From an uncultured Thermoplasmata archaeon (lineage in GTDB: Archaea; Thermoplasmatota; Thermoplasmata; Lutacidiplasmatales; UBA184), in NCBI GenBank assembly GCA_963708255.1, contig CAVPSE010000002.1, forward strand, positions 1,534,799-1,598,798: DNA of 64,000 bases. The letters run 5' to 3'. Positions 29,410 through 38,025 of the stretch are shown here, piece after piece. The notes below the pieces were generated by a model. That model was not told where the DNA came from. It worked only from the letters and a program-made list of their open reading frames with translations, and made no database searches. The translations under genes were made by a program, and so were the position numbers. Numbering within the stretch: position 1 is the stretch's first letter; each line of letters begins with the position of its first letter.

Positions 29410-30303
29410 TCACAGGTACGGCCGGAACCCGGCCTCGACCGGTGCCAGGGCCGCCAGCACACGTGTCTGCTCGTCGAGCGTCAGCGGGTCGTACGGGGCC
29501 CGGTAGCCGACCTCGGCCGAGCGGAGTCGCGCCGCAAGGAACTTGGTCGTCGAAGGGAACGGTCCGGCCGCGACCACGTGGGCGAGCTCGCGGAGGCGGG
29601 CGTCGAGCTCGGCCGTCCGATCGGCGGTCCCGGCCCGGAGGGAGGCGAGGAGCTCGACCGCGAGCTTGGGGGCAATGTTCCCGAGGCCCATCACGGCGCC
29701 GCGCGCGCCGCTCGCCCACGCGTCGACCACCAGGGTGTCGTCCCCGGGCAGCACGGGGAACCCGGCCGGGACGGCGCGCAGGAACTCCTGGACGCTTTCG
29801 AGATGTCCCGCGGTGTCCTTGAGTCCCTCGATCGTCCCCTCGCTGGCGAGCCGCTGAACGACCGCCGGGGAGAGCGCGTAGCCTACCTTGGCGGGGATGT
29901 TGTACGCGAGGAGAGGGATCCCTACCGCGGCCCGGATCGCCCGGAAGTACGACAGGATCGACTCCTCGGCGGGCGGAAGGTAGTACGGCGGGACCGCGAC
30001 GACCGCGCCGGCGCCGACCTCCTCGGCCGCTGTGGCGTACCGGATCGCCCGGGCGGTCGAAGGGGCGCCGACCCCGATCCACGCGTCGGTCTTCCAGGTC
30101 AGGCTCTCGATGACCGCCTCCAGCAGTTTGGGCCGCTCCGCCTCTTCGACGGAGAGGAACTCCCCCAGGGAGCCGAGAACGAACAGGTGGTCGACCCGCG
30201 CATCGCAGAGGCGCCGGGCGAACTTGGAGTTGCGCCCCATGTCGAGAGCCCCGTCGTCCCCGAAGAGGGTGGGCACTGGGACCACGAGTCCATCGAGGGC
30301 CAT
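29410..30303 (-). CDS. DapA-family class I aldolase, 2-keto-3-deoxy(-6-phospho)gluconate aldolase-like
   Basis: 297 aa. YNIP Tyr motif and GLKDTAG Schiff-base lysine motif. Abuts the dehydrogenase gene. Confidence 0.75.
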   Translation of the reverse strand: MALDGLVVPVPTLFGDDGALDMGRNSKFARRLCDARVDHLFVLGSLGEFLSVEEAERPKLLEAVIESLTWKTDAWIGVGAPSTARAIRYATAAEEVGAGAVVAVPPYYLPPAEESILSYFRAIRAAVGIPLLAYNIPAKVGYALSPAVVQRLASEGTIEGLKDTAGHLESVQEFLRAVPAGFPVLPGDDTLVVDAWASGARGAVMGLGNIAPKLAVELLASLRAGTADRTAELDARLRELAHVVAAGPFPSTTKFLAARLRSAEVGYRAPYDPLTLDEQTRVLAALAPVEAGFRPYL

Positions 30304-30353
30304 GCCGTTCCCACGGGCACGGGTCTTATGGGGTTTCTCGTGGTGCGCGACGC

Positions 30354-31040
30354 GTGGCAGAGGCGCCGGCCGGAGCGACGGTGCGCGCCGGATGGGTCCT
30401 CGGTGTCGACGAGGCGGGCCGGGGACCGGTCCTCGGGCCGCTCGTCGTCGGGGGGTTCCTCCTCCCCGTAGATCGGATCGGGTCCCTGGCGGACCTCGGG
30501 GTGCGGGACTCCAAGGAGCTCTCGCCGGCCCAGCGCGCGACGGTCTTCGACCGGCTCGCCTCCGTGGGGCAGCGGCATCACGTCGTTCTCGGACCGGCGG
30601 AGATCGACCGCGCGGCGAGCGTCGGGGGACTGAACGACCTGGAGGCGCGGGCGTTCGCCCGACTCATCCGAAGGACACGACCCGAGATCGCCTACCTCGA
30701 CGCCTGCGACCCGGTCGCCGCCCGGTTCGGCCGGAACGTGGCCCGCTATGCGCGGACGGCGACCCGGATCGTTGCCCGGCACAAGGCCGACCGGGACCTG
30801 CTCGTCGTCGGAGCGGCGTCCATCGTCGCGAAGGTGCTGCGCGATCGTGCGATCGATCGACTCAGGGAATCGCTCGGGACCGAGGTCGGCAGCGGCTACC
30901 CCTCCGACCGGCGGACCCGGGCCTTCCTCGAGGGCGTTCTCCGTCGCGGGGAACGGCCCGAGTATGTCCGGCACTCCTGGCAGACGACGAAAGACCTTTT
31001 GCCCCCCCGCCCCCCCACCACGCTGGAGGCGTTCCCGTGA
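30354..31040 (+). CDS. rnhB: Ribonuclease HII
   Basis: GVDEAGRGPVLGPLV active-site start, RDSKELS, ...KADRD...VGAASIVAK...GSGYPSD. Confidence 0.9.
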   Translation: MAEAPAGATVRAGWVLGVDEAGRGPVLGPLVVGGFLLPVDRIGSLADLGVRDSKELSPAQRATVFDRLASVGQRHHVVLGPAEIDRAASVGGLNDLEARAFARLIRRTRPEIAYLDACDPVAARFGRNVARYARTATRIVARHKADRDLLVVGAASIVAKVLRDRAIDRLRESLGTEVGSGYPSDRRTRAFLEGVLRRGERPEYVRHSWQTTKDLLPPRPPTTLEAFP

Positions 31041-31378
31041 CGATCGAGCCGGAGCTCCGAAACCTCATCGACCGGTTCAACCGCCACGCCGAGAGGACCC
31101 CCTCGGTCCAGGAGGAGCTCCAAGGGATCGAACGGACCGTCGCCGTGCGGCTGACCGACGGCGAGACCTATTCGGCCGAACTGAAGGACGGCAAGCTCCA
31201 GAACCTTCACACAGGCGCCGGCGGAACGGCGGATGTCACCATCATCACCGACACCACGACGTTCCGGGGCCTCGTCTCCAAAGAGATCGGTCCGATGAAG
31301 GCCCTCGTTACGCGCAAGCTCGCCCTCGAGGGGAGCCTCGATGACAAGCTCCTGTTCCGGAAGCTGTTCCGGGCCTAG
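31037..31378 (+). CDS. SCP2 sterol-carrier-like domain protein
   Basis: GTG 31037 overlaps the rnhB stop. 113 aa ending in ...GPMKALVTRKLALEGSLDDKLLFRKLF, typical of an SCP2 C-terminus. Confidence 0.65.
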   Translation: MTIEPELRNLIDRFNRHAERTPSVQEELQGIERTVAVRLTDGETYSAELKDGKLQNLHTGAGGTADVTIITDTTTFRGLVSKEIGPMKALVTRKLALEGSLDDKLLFRKLFRA

Positions 31379-31875
31379 GGAAGGAACACCACCGCGGCGA
31401 TGCAGACGCCGTAGTGGTCCATGGGGATGACAAGCTCCTCGGTCCGGTAGTGGATCCTCCGGAGCTCGACGCCGCGGAAGTGGGCGATCTCCTCCATGCG
31501 CCACTTCAGGAACTCTTTGAGCGACTTCTGCGTGCCGTGGAGATGTCCCTCCGCGACGTAGCCGCCCTGGCCGTCGTTCCGGAACCCATAGGCGATCCCC
31601 GCGGAGATCACCTCGCCCTCGCCGCCGCCGTGGCGGGCCAGGACGCAGTGCGTGATCGCCCCCCGGGCGATCGGGACCCGCTCGATCTGCCGGATGCCGA
31701 TCGGGAGGACCGAGGAGACCGAGACGAGGTTCTGCTCGCCGATCCCGGCCTGCAGGAGCCCCAGGTCGAACGCGTTGAGCTCGCTGGTCTTGTTGATCCC
31801 CTTGCCGCAGGTGACAAAGAATCGGGTCGGGACGGGCACGAGGGTCGCGGACGTCGGTTCGGGGCGGCGCGCCAC
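31375..31875 (-). CDS. pdaD: Pyruvoyl-dependent arginine decarboxylase
   Basis: 166 aa with the self-cleavage site NLVSVSSVLP and a conserved FFVT.G.G N-terminus. CTTTATGG box about 28 nt upstream of GTG 31875. Confidence 0.9.
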   Translation of the reverse strand: MARRPEPTSATLVPVPTRFFVTCGKGINKTSELNAFDLGLLQAGIGEQNLVSVSSVLPIGIRQIERVPIARGAITHCVLARHGGGEGEVISAGIAYGFRNDGQGGYVAEGHLHGTQKSLKEFLKWRMEEIAHFRGVELRRIHYRTEELVIPMDHYGVCIAAVVFLP

Positions 31876-31923
31876 GCCGGGAGCGAGGGGCCCCGCGCCA
31901 TAAAGTTTCCCGCGCGGACCGGG

Positions 31924-32497
31924 TCAGACCATGATGGCGTGGCGCCTTCGCATGGAGTCCTCGGTCTCGCCCCGGGCCCGAAGGATCTCGGCCACGAGGG
32001 CGTCACTGAGCCGCAGCGCCGCGGACTCGAACAACGTCCCCAGCGGCGCGAACGCGGCCCGGGGGCGATCGTCGGGGAACGACAGGGTGAGCTGCAGGGT
32101 CGCCGCATGGGCGAGCTTGGACGTCGGCTTCGCCGTGACCACGATCAGGGACGCCCCCTCCCGGCGCACGATGTTCGCGGTGGCGATGGACGAGTAGCTC
32201 TCTCCCTGGTTGGAGAAGATGAACACCGCGTCGCCGTGCGAGACGATCGGGGTGACGCTCTCGCCGATCACGTAGGCGCGCAAGTCCGGTCTGGACGAGC
32301 CGCATGGCGAACGCGCGCCCGATGATGCCCGACCGACCGGCCCCGTAGACGAAGATCGAGGGCGCCTTCAGGAGCGCATCGAGCACGGCCGAGATCACGC
32401 CCGGGTCGATCGCGGCCAGGCTCTGGGTGACCCGCTCGCCGATGTACCGTTCGGCGGGTCCGAAGATCTGGCCCTTATCGGTGGGAAGGTCGGGCAA
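31924..32497 (-). CDS. phi: 6-phospho-3-hexuloisomerase-like SIS protein, frame interrupted
   Basis: ORFs 32003..32617 (FVYGAGRSGIIGRAFAMRL) and 31924..32283 (DAVFIFSNQGES...LIVVTA...FESAALRL) join near 32285. Probable TTG start at 32495-32497, 8 nt downstream of GGAGG. Confidence 0.7.
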
Positions 32498-33626
32498 CGG
32501 CTCTGCCTCCTTTCGTCGGCGGATGCTTCGTGGGGGACTTGACGGGCGACTTCTTGGCGTTGGCGGGGACGGCCCCCTTCGTCTTGGCGGCGGCCGCCGG
32601 GGCGGGGGGCGGCGCATTGCGCTTCGCCCACCGCTTCGACAGCGCTCGCTCGTACAGGAGCTTCATGTACATCGCATCGTGCTCGAGGAGCGGCGAGCTC
32701 GAGATCACCGTGACATCGTAATCCCGGTCGGCGAGGATCTCGGCCAGGGGGTCGAACCGGACCGACCCGCGTTTGATCGGGGTGAGGCGGAACTCCCCGG
32801 CCCCGTAGAACTCGACACCCGAGAAGTTGAGGTAGAGATGGCGGTCGCTGGCCGCGACGAACTGGTCGATCACCGGCTGCAACCGGGCCGCATCCTCAAA
32901 GTTGGTCCGCTCGCGGGCCGCGAGGTGCGGAAGGTTGAGCACAGGGACCACGCCCCGCACCCGGTGGGCGAGCTCCAGCACTTCCTCCCGGGACCCGAAC
33001 ACGTCGGGGTGGCCGCTGGGTTCCACGGCCAGCCGTACCGATCCCCTCGTGGAGGTCTTCATCCAGTCGCTGAGGTCCTTGGCGATCCCCGTGAGCTCCT
33101 GCACGCTGTCGGCCCGCTCCCCCGCTCCGTAGAACCCAAGGTGGGTGACGACGAGCCTCGCGCCAAGCCCCTCGGCAAGGACGGTAGACCACTGGATCTG
33201 CCGGATCGATCGCTCCCGCGCTTCCCGGCTGCCGAAGAAGTCCACGTAGTACGGGGCATGCAGCGTGAGGTCCACATCGAGGGCTTTCGCGAGGTCCCGC
33301 GTAAGGGCGAGGTCCCCGTGGTCCTTGGCGAGGCTCCAGGTCAGCGTCGTGAGGGCGTCGCGGCGTTTCAGCGGCTGGCCCAGCGCCGGGATGTTCGGCT
33401 CCTGGGGGGTCTCCGAGTGTCCGCCGGCGCCGACCACGAGCTGGAGCAGGAGCTCCTTCGGGGTCTTGCCGATCTCCTCGTCGAGGACGACGCGAGTGAG
33501 CGGATTGACCTTGATGAACTGGACCTCCATGGCCGTGAGGCCGAGATGATGGACGTCCGCGATCCCATCTCGGAGGGTCCGTCCTTTGCAGGAGAGAGGG
33601 ATTCCAGCGGGTCCAAACCGTATCAC
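32475..33626 (-). CDS. Xylose-isomerase-like TIM-barrel protein (endonuclease IV-related) with a Lys/Ala/Pro-rich tail
   Basis: 383 aa. N-terminus IRFGPAGIP...GLTAMEVQF, HAPYY and VEPSG blocks. Basic C-terminal tail AKTKGAVPANAKKSPVKSPTKHPPTKG. Confidence 0.65.
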   Translation of the reverse strand: MIRFGPAGIPLSCKGRTLRDGIADVHHLGLTAMEVQFIKVNPLTRVVLDEEIGKTPKELLLQLVVGAGGHSETPQEPNIPALGQPLKRRDALTTLTWSLAKDHGDLALTRDLAKALDVDLTLHAPYYVDFFGSREARERSIRQIQWSTVLAEGLGARLVVTHLGFYGAGERADSVQELTGIAKDLSDWMKTSTRGSVRLAVEPSGHPDVFGSREEVLELAHRVRGVVPVLNLPHLAARERTNFEDAARLQPVIDQFVAASDRHLYLNFSGVEFYGAGEFRLTPIKRGSVRFDPLAEILADRDYDVTVISSSPLLEHDAMYMKLLYERALSKRWAKRNAPPPAPAAAAKTKGAVPANAKKSPVKSPTKHPPTKGGRAVARPSHR

Positions 33627-33672
33627 GAGAAATCGACCCTCAAAAATGCCGGCTCCGCCGCAAAGTGTGGGT

Positions 33673-34326
33673 CTATATATCGCGTGGGAGGCGACGCCGA
33701 AGCGCGACGAACCGGCACAGGGTGCCTTCGTGGCGCGTCCAACCGCTGGAACTGCGGACCAGTGTCGTCAGGATCTGCTCGTGGGCGTCCCCGACCGGCG
33801 CCACGATCCGGCCGCCTAGGGCCACCTGGTGGCGCCACGCATCGCGCATCTCCGTGGTCTGGCACGAGACGATGATCCGGTCGAACGGGGCGTTCTCCGC
33901 CAGGCCCTCCGAACCGTCCCGTGCATGGACGTGGACCCGGTCGGGAGCCGACCAGCGCCCGATCCGTTGGACGGCCTCTCCCGCCAGGAATGGATCGAGC
34001 TCGAGGGCCTCCACGCGGCCCTGAGGCCCCACCAGCTCGGCGAGCACGGCGGCGAGGTATCCCATCCCGGCCCCGATCTCGAGGACACGGTCCCCCGGTC
34101 GGACCTCGGCGGCCTCGAGCTGGAGGACCACCATGGACGGCGCCGACGCGGTGGCACCGGGGACCCCGAGGGAGACGGGTTCGTCATCGTACGCCTCCGA
34201 TCGCGCGGACTCCGGGATGAACCGGTGCCGGGGCACGGCGAGCAGCGCGGCCCGGATCCTCGGGTCGGGGATCGAAAGACCCCCGAGGAGGGCCAGCGCT
34301 TCCGCGGCCCGTTCGTGGGGCGTCAT
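33673..34326 (-). CDS. pcm: Protein-L-isoaspartate O-methyltransferase
   Basis: C-terminal half of ORF 33673..35004. VPRHRFIP, SAPSMV, SAM motif VLEIGAGMGY, FDRIIV. The ATG at 34324-34326 overlaps the rlmE stop (ATGA). Confidence 0.85.
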   Translation of the reverse strand: MTPHERAAEALALLGGLSIPDPRIRAALLAVPRHRFIPESARSEAYDDEPVSLGVPGATASAPSMVVLQLEAAEVRPGDRVLEIGAGMGYLAAVLAELVGPQGRVEALELDPFLAGEAVQRIGRWSAPDRVHVHARDGSEGLAENAPFDRIIVSCQTTEMRDAWRHQVALGGRIVAPVGDAHEQILTTLVRSSSGWTRHEGTLCRFVALRRRLPRDI

Positions 34327-35004
34327 CCGGGGGGCGGCTCCGCGATCCGGGGCCGGTACTCGATCCCGATCACGTACATCTCCGACGAGCTCTCCCGCGA
34401 GGCGGGGGGCTTGGTGAGCACGACGCGTTCGAACTGGGGTCGCAGCTCGGCCACCAGTTCGTCCAACATGTCCCCGGCGAACACCTTGGCCACGAACACC
34501 CCACCGGTCCGAAGGGCGACCCGGGCGAGTTCCATGGCATCCCGCACCAGGCCGACGCTTCGCGCGTGGTCGGTGGCATACGCCCCGCTCACGCGGGGGG
34601 ACATGTCGGAGAGGATCACGTCGTAGGGAAGTGGGGCGATCCGGGGGAGGAGCCGGGGATCGCCGACCCGGCCCCGCACCACCTCCACCCCCTCCGACCG
34701 GCTCGATCACCCGGGGGTCCACAGCGACGACGCGCCCGGTCCGACCGAGCGCCCCCCGGGCCACGAGGGACCATCCCCCCGGGGCCGCCCCGAGGTCGAG
34801 GACCGAGTCGCCCCGGTGGAATATCGGATAGCGGGTGGCGAGGTGGCCGAGCTTGAACGCCGCGCGGGAGCGCAGGCCTTCGTGCTGCGCCGCCCGATAG
34901 AACCTGTCCCGCCGGCGCTGGTCGACGAAGCGGCGGCCCACGTACGCCCGAACCGCCCGCGCGCTTGAAGCCTCGCCGGGGACACGGAGCGGGCCGCTCT
35001 CCAC
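34323..35004 (-). CDS. rlmE: 23S rRNA 2'-O-ribose methyltransferase RlmE/FtsJ, frame interrupted
   Basis: GLRSRAAFKL, VLDLGAAPGGW, then (ORF 34323..34688) DVILSDMSP..SG and VAKVF.G. Frame break in the C5 run at 34688-34692. The exact start is uncertain. Confidence 0.8.
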
Positions 35005-35039
35005 CGGAGGGGATACGGGTCGGTCGCCCCGACGAGGTC

Positions 35040-35046
35040 TTATACA
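35040..35046 (+). promoter_or_regulatory. TATA-like box (TTATACA) of the PadR-ABC operon
   Basis: AT-rich heptamer about 30 nt upstream of ATG 35076. Confidence 0.45.
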
Positions 35047-35050
35047 GGCT

Positions 35051-35075
35051 CGGAATACCGATATCGAGTATTCCG
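35051..35075 (+). promoter_or_regulatory. Inverted repeat CGGAATAC-N9-GTATTCCG, candidate PadR operator
   Basis: Perfect 8-bp arms (35051-35058 and 35068-35075) flank the palindromic core CGATATCG. It sits between the TATA-like box and the PadR start codon. Confidence 0.5.
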
Positions 35076-35495
35076 ATGTGGGGGTTCATGGGACAGCCGC
35101 ACAAGCGGGGACTCCGCGGAATGGTGGTCTTCCTGTTGGCACGAGGCCCGAAGAACGGCGCCGAGCTGATCGGGGAGGTCGAACGGACGACGATGGGCCA
35201 CTGGCGGCCGTCGCCGGGGTCGATGTACCCCCTGCTCGACGAACTGGTGAGCTCGGGTACGATCGTGAAGCGGTCCGACGGCCGCTACGAGGTCACGGCC
35301 CGCTCCCGGGACGAGTTCTCCTTCCTCCGCGGGTGGATGTCCACCCCAAGGACCCCCGAGGAGATGGTGACCGAGATCTCGGGGTTCGTGAGCTACCTCG
35401 AGGACCTGTCGACCTCCGACCCTCAGGGGGAGTGGAAGGGTCATCGTGATGAGCTTCGGGCGCTCGCTCAGCGTCTTGACCGACTCGCCAAGTAG
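35076..35495 (+). CDS. PadR-family transcriptional regulator
   Basis: Winged-helix core LLARGPKNGAELIGEVERTTMGHWRPSPGSMYPLLDELVSSG. ATG 35076 (or 35088) inside ORF 34965..35495. Confidence 0.85.
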   Translation: MWGFMGQPHKRGLRGMVVFLLARGPKNGAELIGEVERTTMGHWRPSPGSMYPLLDELVSSGTIVKRSDGRYEVTARSRDEFSFLRGWMSTPRTPEEMVTEISGFVSYLEDLSTSDPQGEWKGHRDELRALAQRLDRLAK

Positions 35496-35510
35496 GTAGG
35501 GGGAACGTCC

Positions 35511-36517
35511 GTGGTCGCCGCCATCGAAGCCGCCGGTCTGTCCAAGGTGTTCGGCGGATTCGGTGAAAGCGGTCGACAACGTTTCCTTCCAGGTCCGCGA
35601 AGGCGAGGTGTTCGGCTTCCTCGGTCCCAACGGCGCCGGCAAGACCACCACCGTCGGGATGCTGACGACCGTTCTACGACCGACAAGTGGCCAGGCGACC
35701 ATCCTCGGGATGGACGTGATGGCGAAGCCGTCGGAGATCCGGCGACATATCGGGGTCATCTTCCAGGAGTCCACCGCCGACGACGACCTGACCGGGCGCG
35801 AGAACCTCCGCTTGGCGGCCGCGCTCTACGCCGTGCCGGTCAGCGAGACCGGGCGCCGGGTCCAGCAGCTGCTCGACATGGTCCAGCTGGGGGACGCCGC
35901 CGACCGGCGGGTGAGGACCTACAGCGGGGGGATGCGCAGACGCCTCGAGATCGCGGCGAGCCTGGTCCACACGCCCCCGGTCCTGTTCCTCGACGAGCCG
36001 ACGCTCGGCCTCGACCCCCAGGCCCGGGCCGGGATCTGCCGACACCATCCGGACGCTCCGGAAGGATGGCGGCCACACGTTCTTCCTCACCACCCACTAC
36101 CTCGACGAGGCGGACCTGCTCTGCGACCGGATCGCGATCATCGACCACGGGCAGATCCGCGCCATCGGCACGCCCTCCGAGCTCAAGGAGAAGGTCGGCG
36201 GCGACGTGGTCACCATCGTGCCGACCCGGGCCGACGGCGAGCATTCGGAGGTCTTCTCGCACGTGCCCGGGGTCCTCGGGGTCGCCTGGACCAACGGGGC
36301 CTACCGACTCAAGGCGCTACGCGGGGAGAGCATCGTGCCGGCCGCGGTCCAGGCCGCCATCACGGCGGGGGTGGGTCTGGCCAGCGTTTCGGTCAAGCGG
36401 CCATCCCTGGACGAGGTATTCCTCGAGTTCACCGGCCGCGAGTACCGGGAGGAGGAGGGCCCCTCCGCCACTGACTGGGCAGTGCGGGTCCAGCGGTTCC
36501 GGGGAGGGGGTCGATGA
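35511..36517 (+). CDS. ABC-2-type transporter ATP-binding protein (DrrA/CcmA-like), frame interrupted twice
   Basis: Walker A GPNGAGKTT, signature YSGGMRRRL, Walker B LFLDEPTLGLD. TTHYLDEADLLCDRIAIIDHG lies in the next frame. Breaks near 35558 and 36038. The stop overlaps the permease start (ATGA). Confidence 0.85.
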
Positions 36518-37354
36518 CGATCCGGGAGTTCGTCGCCCTCACCCAGCGCGAGCTGCTGAAGTGGCTGAGGGCCCCGATCGGGATCGTCTCCTCCCTGATG
36601 CTGCCGTTCTTCTACCTTCTCCTGTTCGGCCAGTCCCTGAACCTCGGCAAGCTGCTGTCCATCGGAGGGGTTCCTCCCCAGGAGGCCGCGGCCATCTACC
36701 TCGGGGCGCCGGACTACTTCTCCTACTTCTCGGTGGGAATGGTCGGGTTCATCATGCTGTTCACGGGCCTGTTCGCCGGGGCGAACGTGATCTTCGCCCG
36801 CCGGTTCGGGACCCTCAAGAAGGAGACCGCCGCCCCGGTCCCGCGCGAGGTCATCTTCGGCTCCCGGGTCACCGCGGGCGTCATCCGGGGCGTCGTGTTC
36901 GGGTCCGTGGTGTTCGCCATCGCGATCGGCTTCGCCCACCTCCCGGGGCTGAACGGGCTCACGATCACCGGCAACTCTGGGATCGTAGGTGTCATCGAGA
37001 TCATCCTCGCCATGGGACTCGTGACGGCGTTGTTCTCCTCGATCTTCATCGGCTTGGGGTTCGTGACCGAGCAGATCGAGTCGTACTTCGCCCTCGTCAA
37101 CCTGGTGAACCTGCCCGTATCTGTTCTCCTCGAACGCGCTGTTCCCCACGAGCCTCTTCCCCCCCTGGCTGCAGAACATCGCGGCGTGGAACCCGGTTTC
37201 CCTGGCGGTGGACGTGATGCGAGAGAACGCCTTCGGGTCGGAGGCGTACTATCCGTACAGCCCGCTCCAATACCTGGGGCTGTTGGCGGGCCTCACGCTG
37301 GTGTTCCTCGTGCTGTTCGCCGCCGTCGTCCGATGGTCCCTGAGGCCCCGGTGA
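36514..37354 (+). CDS. ABC-2-type transporter permease, frame interrupted
   Basis: ORF 36514..37374 has 6 TM helices. The last helix region FPTSLFPPWLQNIAAWNPVSLAVDVMR...LVFLVLFAAVVRWSLRPR is in another frame after about 37125, with TGA at 37352-37354. Confidence 0.8.
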
Positions 37355-37381
37355 GCGCCGCCCGGGCGCGGTGACCGAACC

Positions 37382-37597
37382 ATGCCGTTCGTAGAGTACG
37401 ACGAAGTGGGGGCGGTCTGCGCCGAATGCGGGCGCCAGTTCCCCACCGAGGAGGCCCTGACGGTCCACAAGGCCGATTCCCACGCCCAGGCGCCGCCCGA
37501 GGCGAAGAAGCAGACCGTCGCCTGCTCGGTGTGCCGCCGCCGATTCCCGTCCATCGGGCAGCTCGCCGAACACAACCGGCGCGCGCATACCGGCTGA
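37382..37597 (+). CDS. Small protein with two classical C2H2 zinc fingers
   Basis: CAECGRQFPTEEALTVHKADSH and CSVCRRRFPSIGQLAEHNRRAH. Both fit C-x2-C-x12-H-x4-H with the conserved Phe and Leu positions. Confidence 0.7.
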   Translation: MPFVEYDEVGAVCAECGRQFPTEEALTVHKADSHAQAPPEAKKQTVACSVCRRRFPSIGQLAEHNRRAHTG

Positions 37598-37655
37598 ACC
37601 GGGAACGCGGCCGAGCCCGCGAGCGACGCCCGGACCGATCTACAAAGGGTGGGGA

Positions 37656-37730
37656 TGGGGCCGTCCGAATTTGAATCGGAGTCTCTTGCACCCCAAGCAA
37701 GAAGGATGGTCCAAGCTACCCCACGGCCCC
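37656..37730 (-). tRNA. tRNA-Pro (anticodon GGG)
   Basis: Manual fold on the minus strand. Acceptor stem GGGGCCG/CGGCCCC, D-arm with A14 and G18G19, anticodon stem CTTGC/GCAAG with loop TTGGGGT, 4-nt variable loop, T-arm TCCGA-TTCAAAT-TCGGA, discriminator A. CCA is not encoded. Confidence 0.9.
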
Positions 37731-38025
37731 AACCGAAGAGCGTCCGGGGCCGCCGACCTGGGCCGGGGACATAACCGTTTGCCCCGGGGCTCCGCGCTCA
37801 GTGGACGAAGAACCACGTGGCGACGCCGGAGACCGCGATGATCGCGGTGCTGAGCAACGAGAGCCAGAAGAACTCCCACAGACCGCTCACCCCCTCGGCC
37901 GGCGGGGTGTGCGCGGGCGGGGTGGACCCGCCCGGGTCGGGGTATAGGGGAAGCGGTATCCGTCGGTCCCGGTCATCGAGCTCCCCAGCGGGCGTGGCCG
38001 TTCTTATGGGTTCGGTTGGTCGCGC

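Noticed and set aside
33671-33685. TATATAT stretch that could be a promoter for the TIM-barrel gene.
   Set aside because: It contains the pcm stop codon (…GATATATAG) and lies about 50 nt from the GTG at 33626. A closer T-rich patch (33640-33650) fits the usual spacing better, so the assignment is ambiguous.
37640-37879. 79-aa ORF on the minus strand covering the tRNA-Pro gene.
   Set aside because: It overlaps a well-folding tRNA and has shadow-ORF composition.
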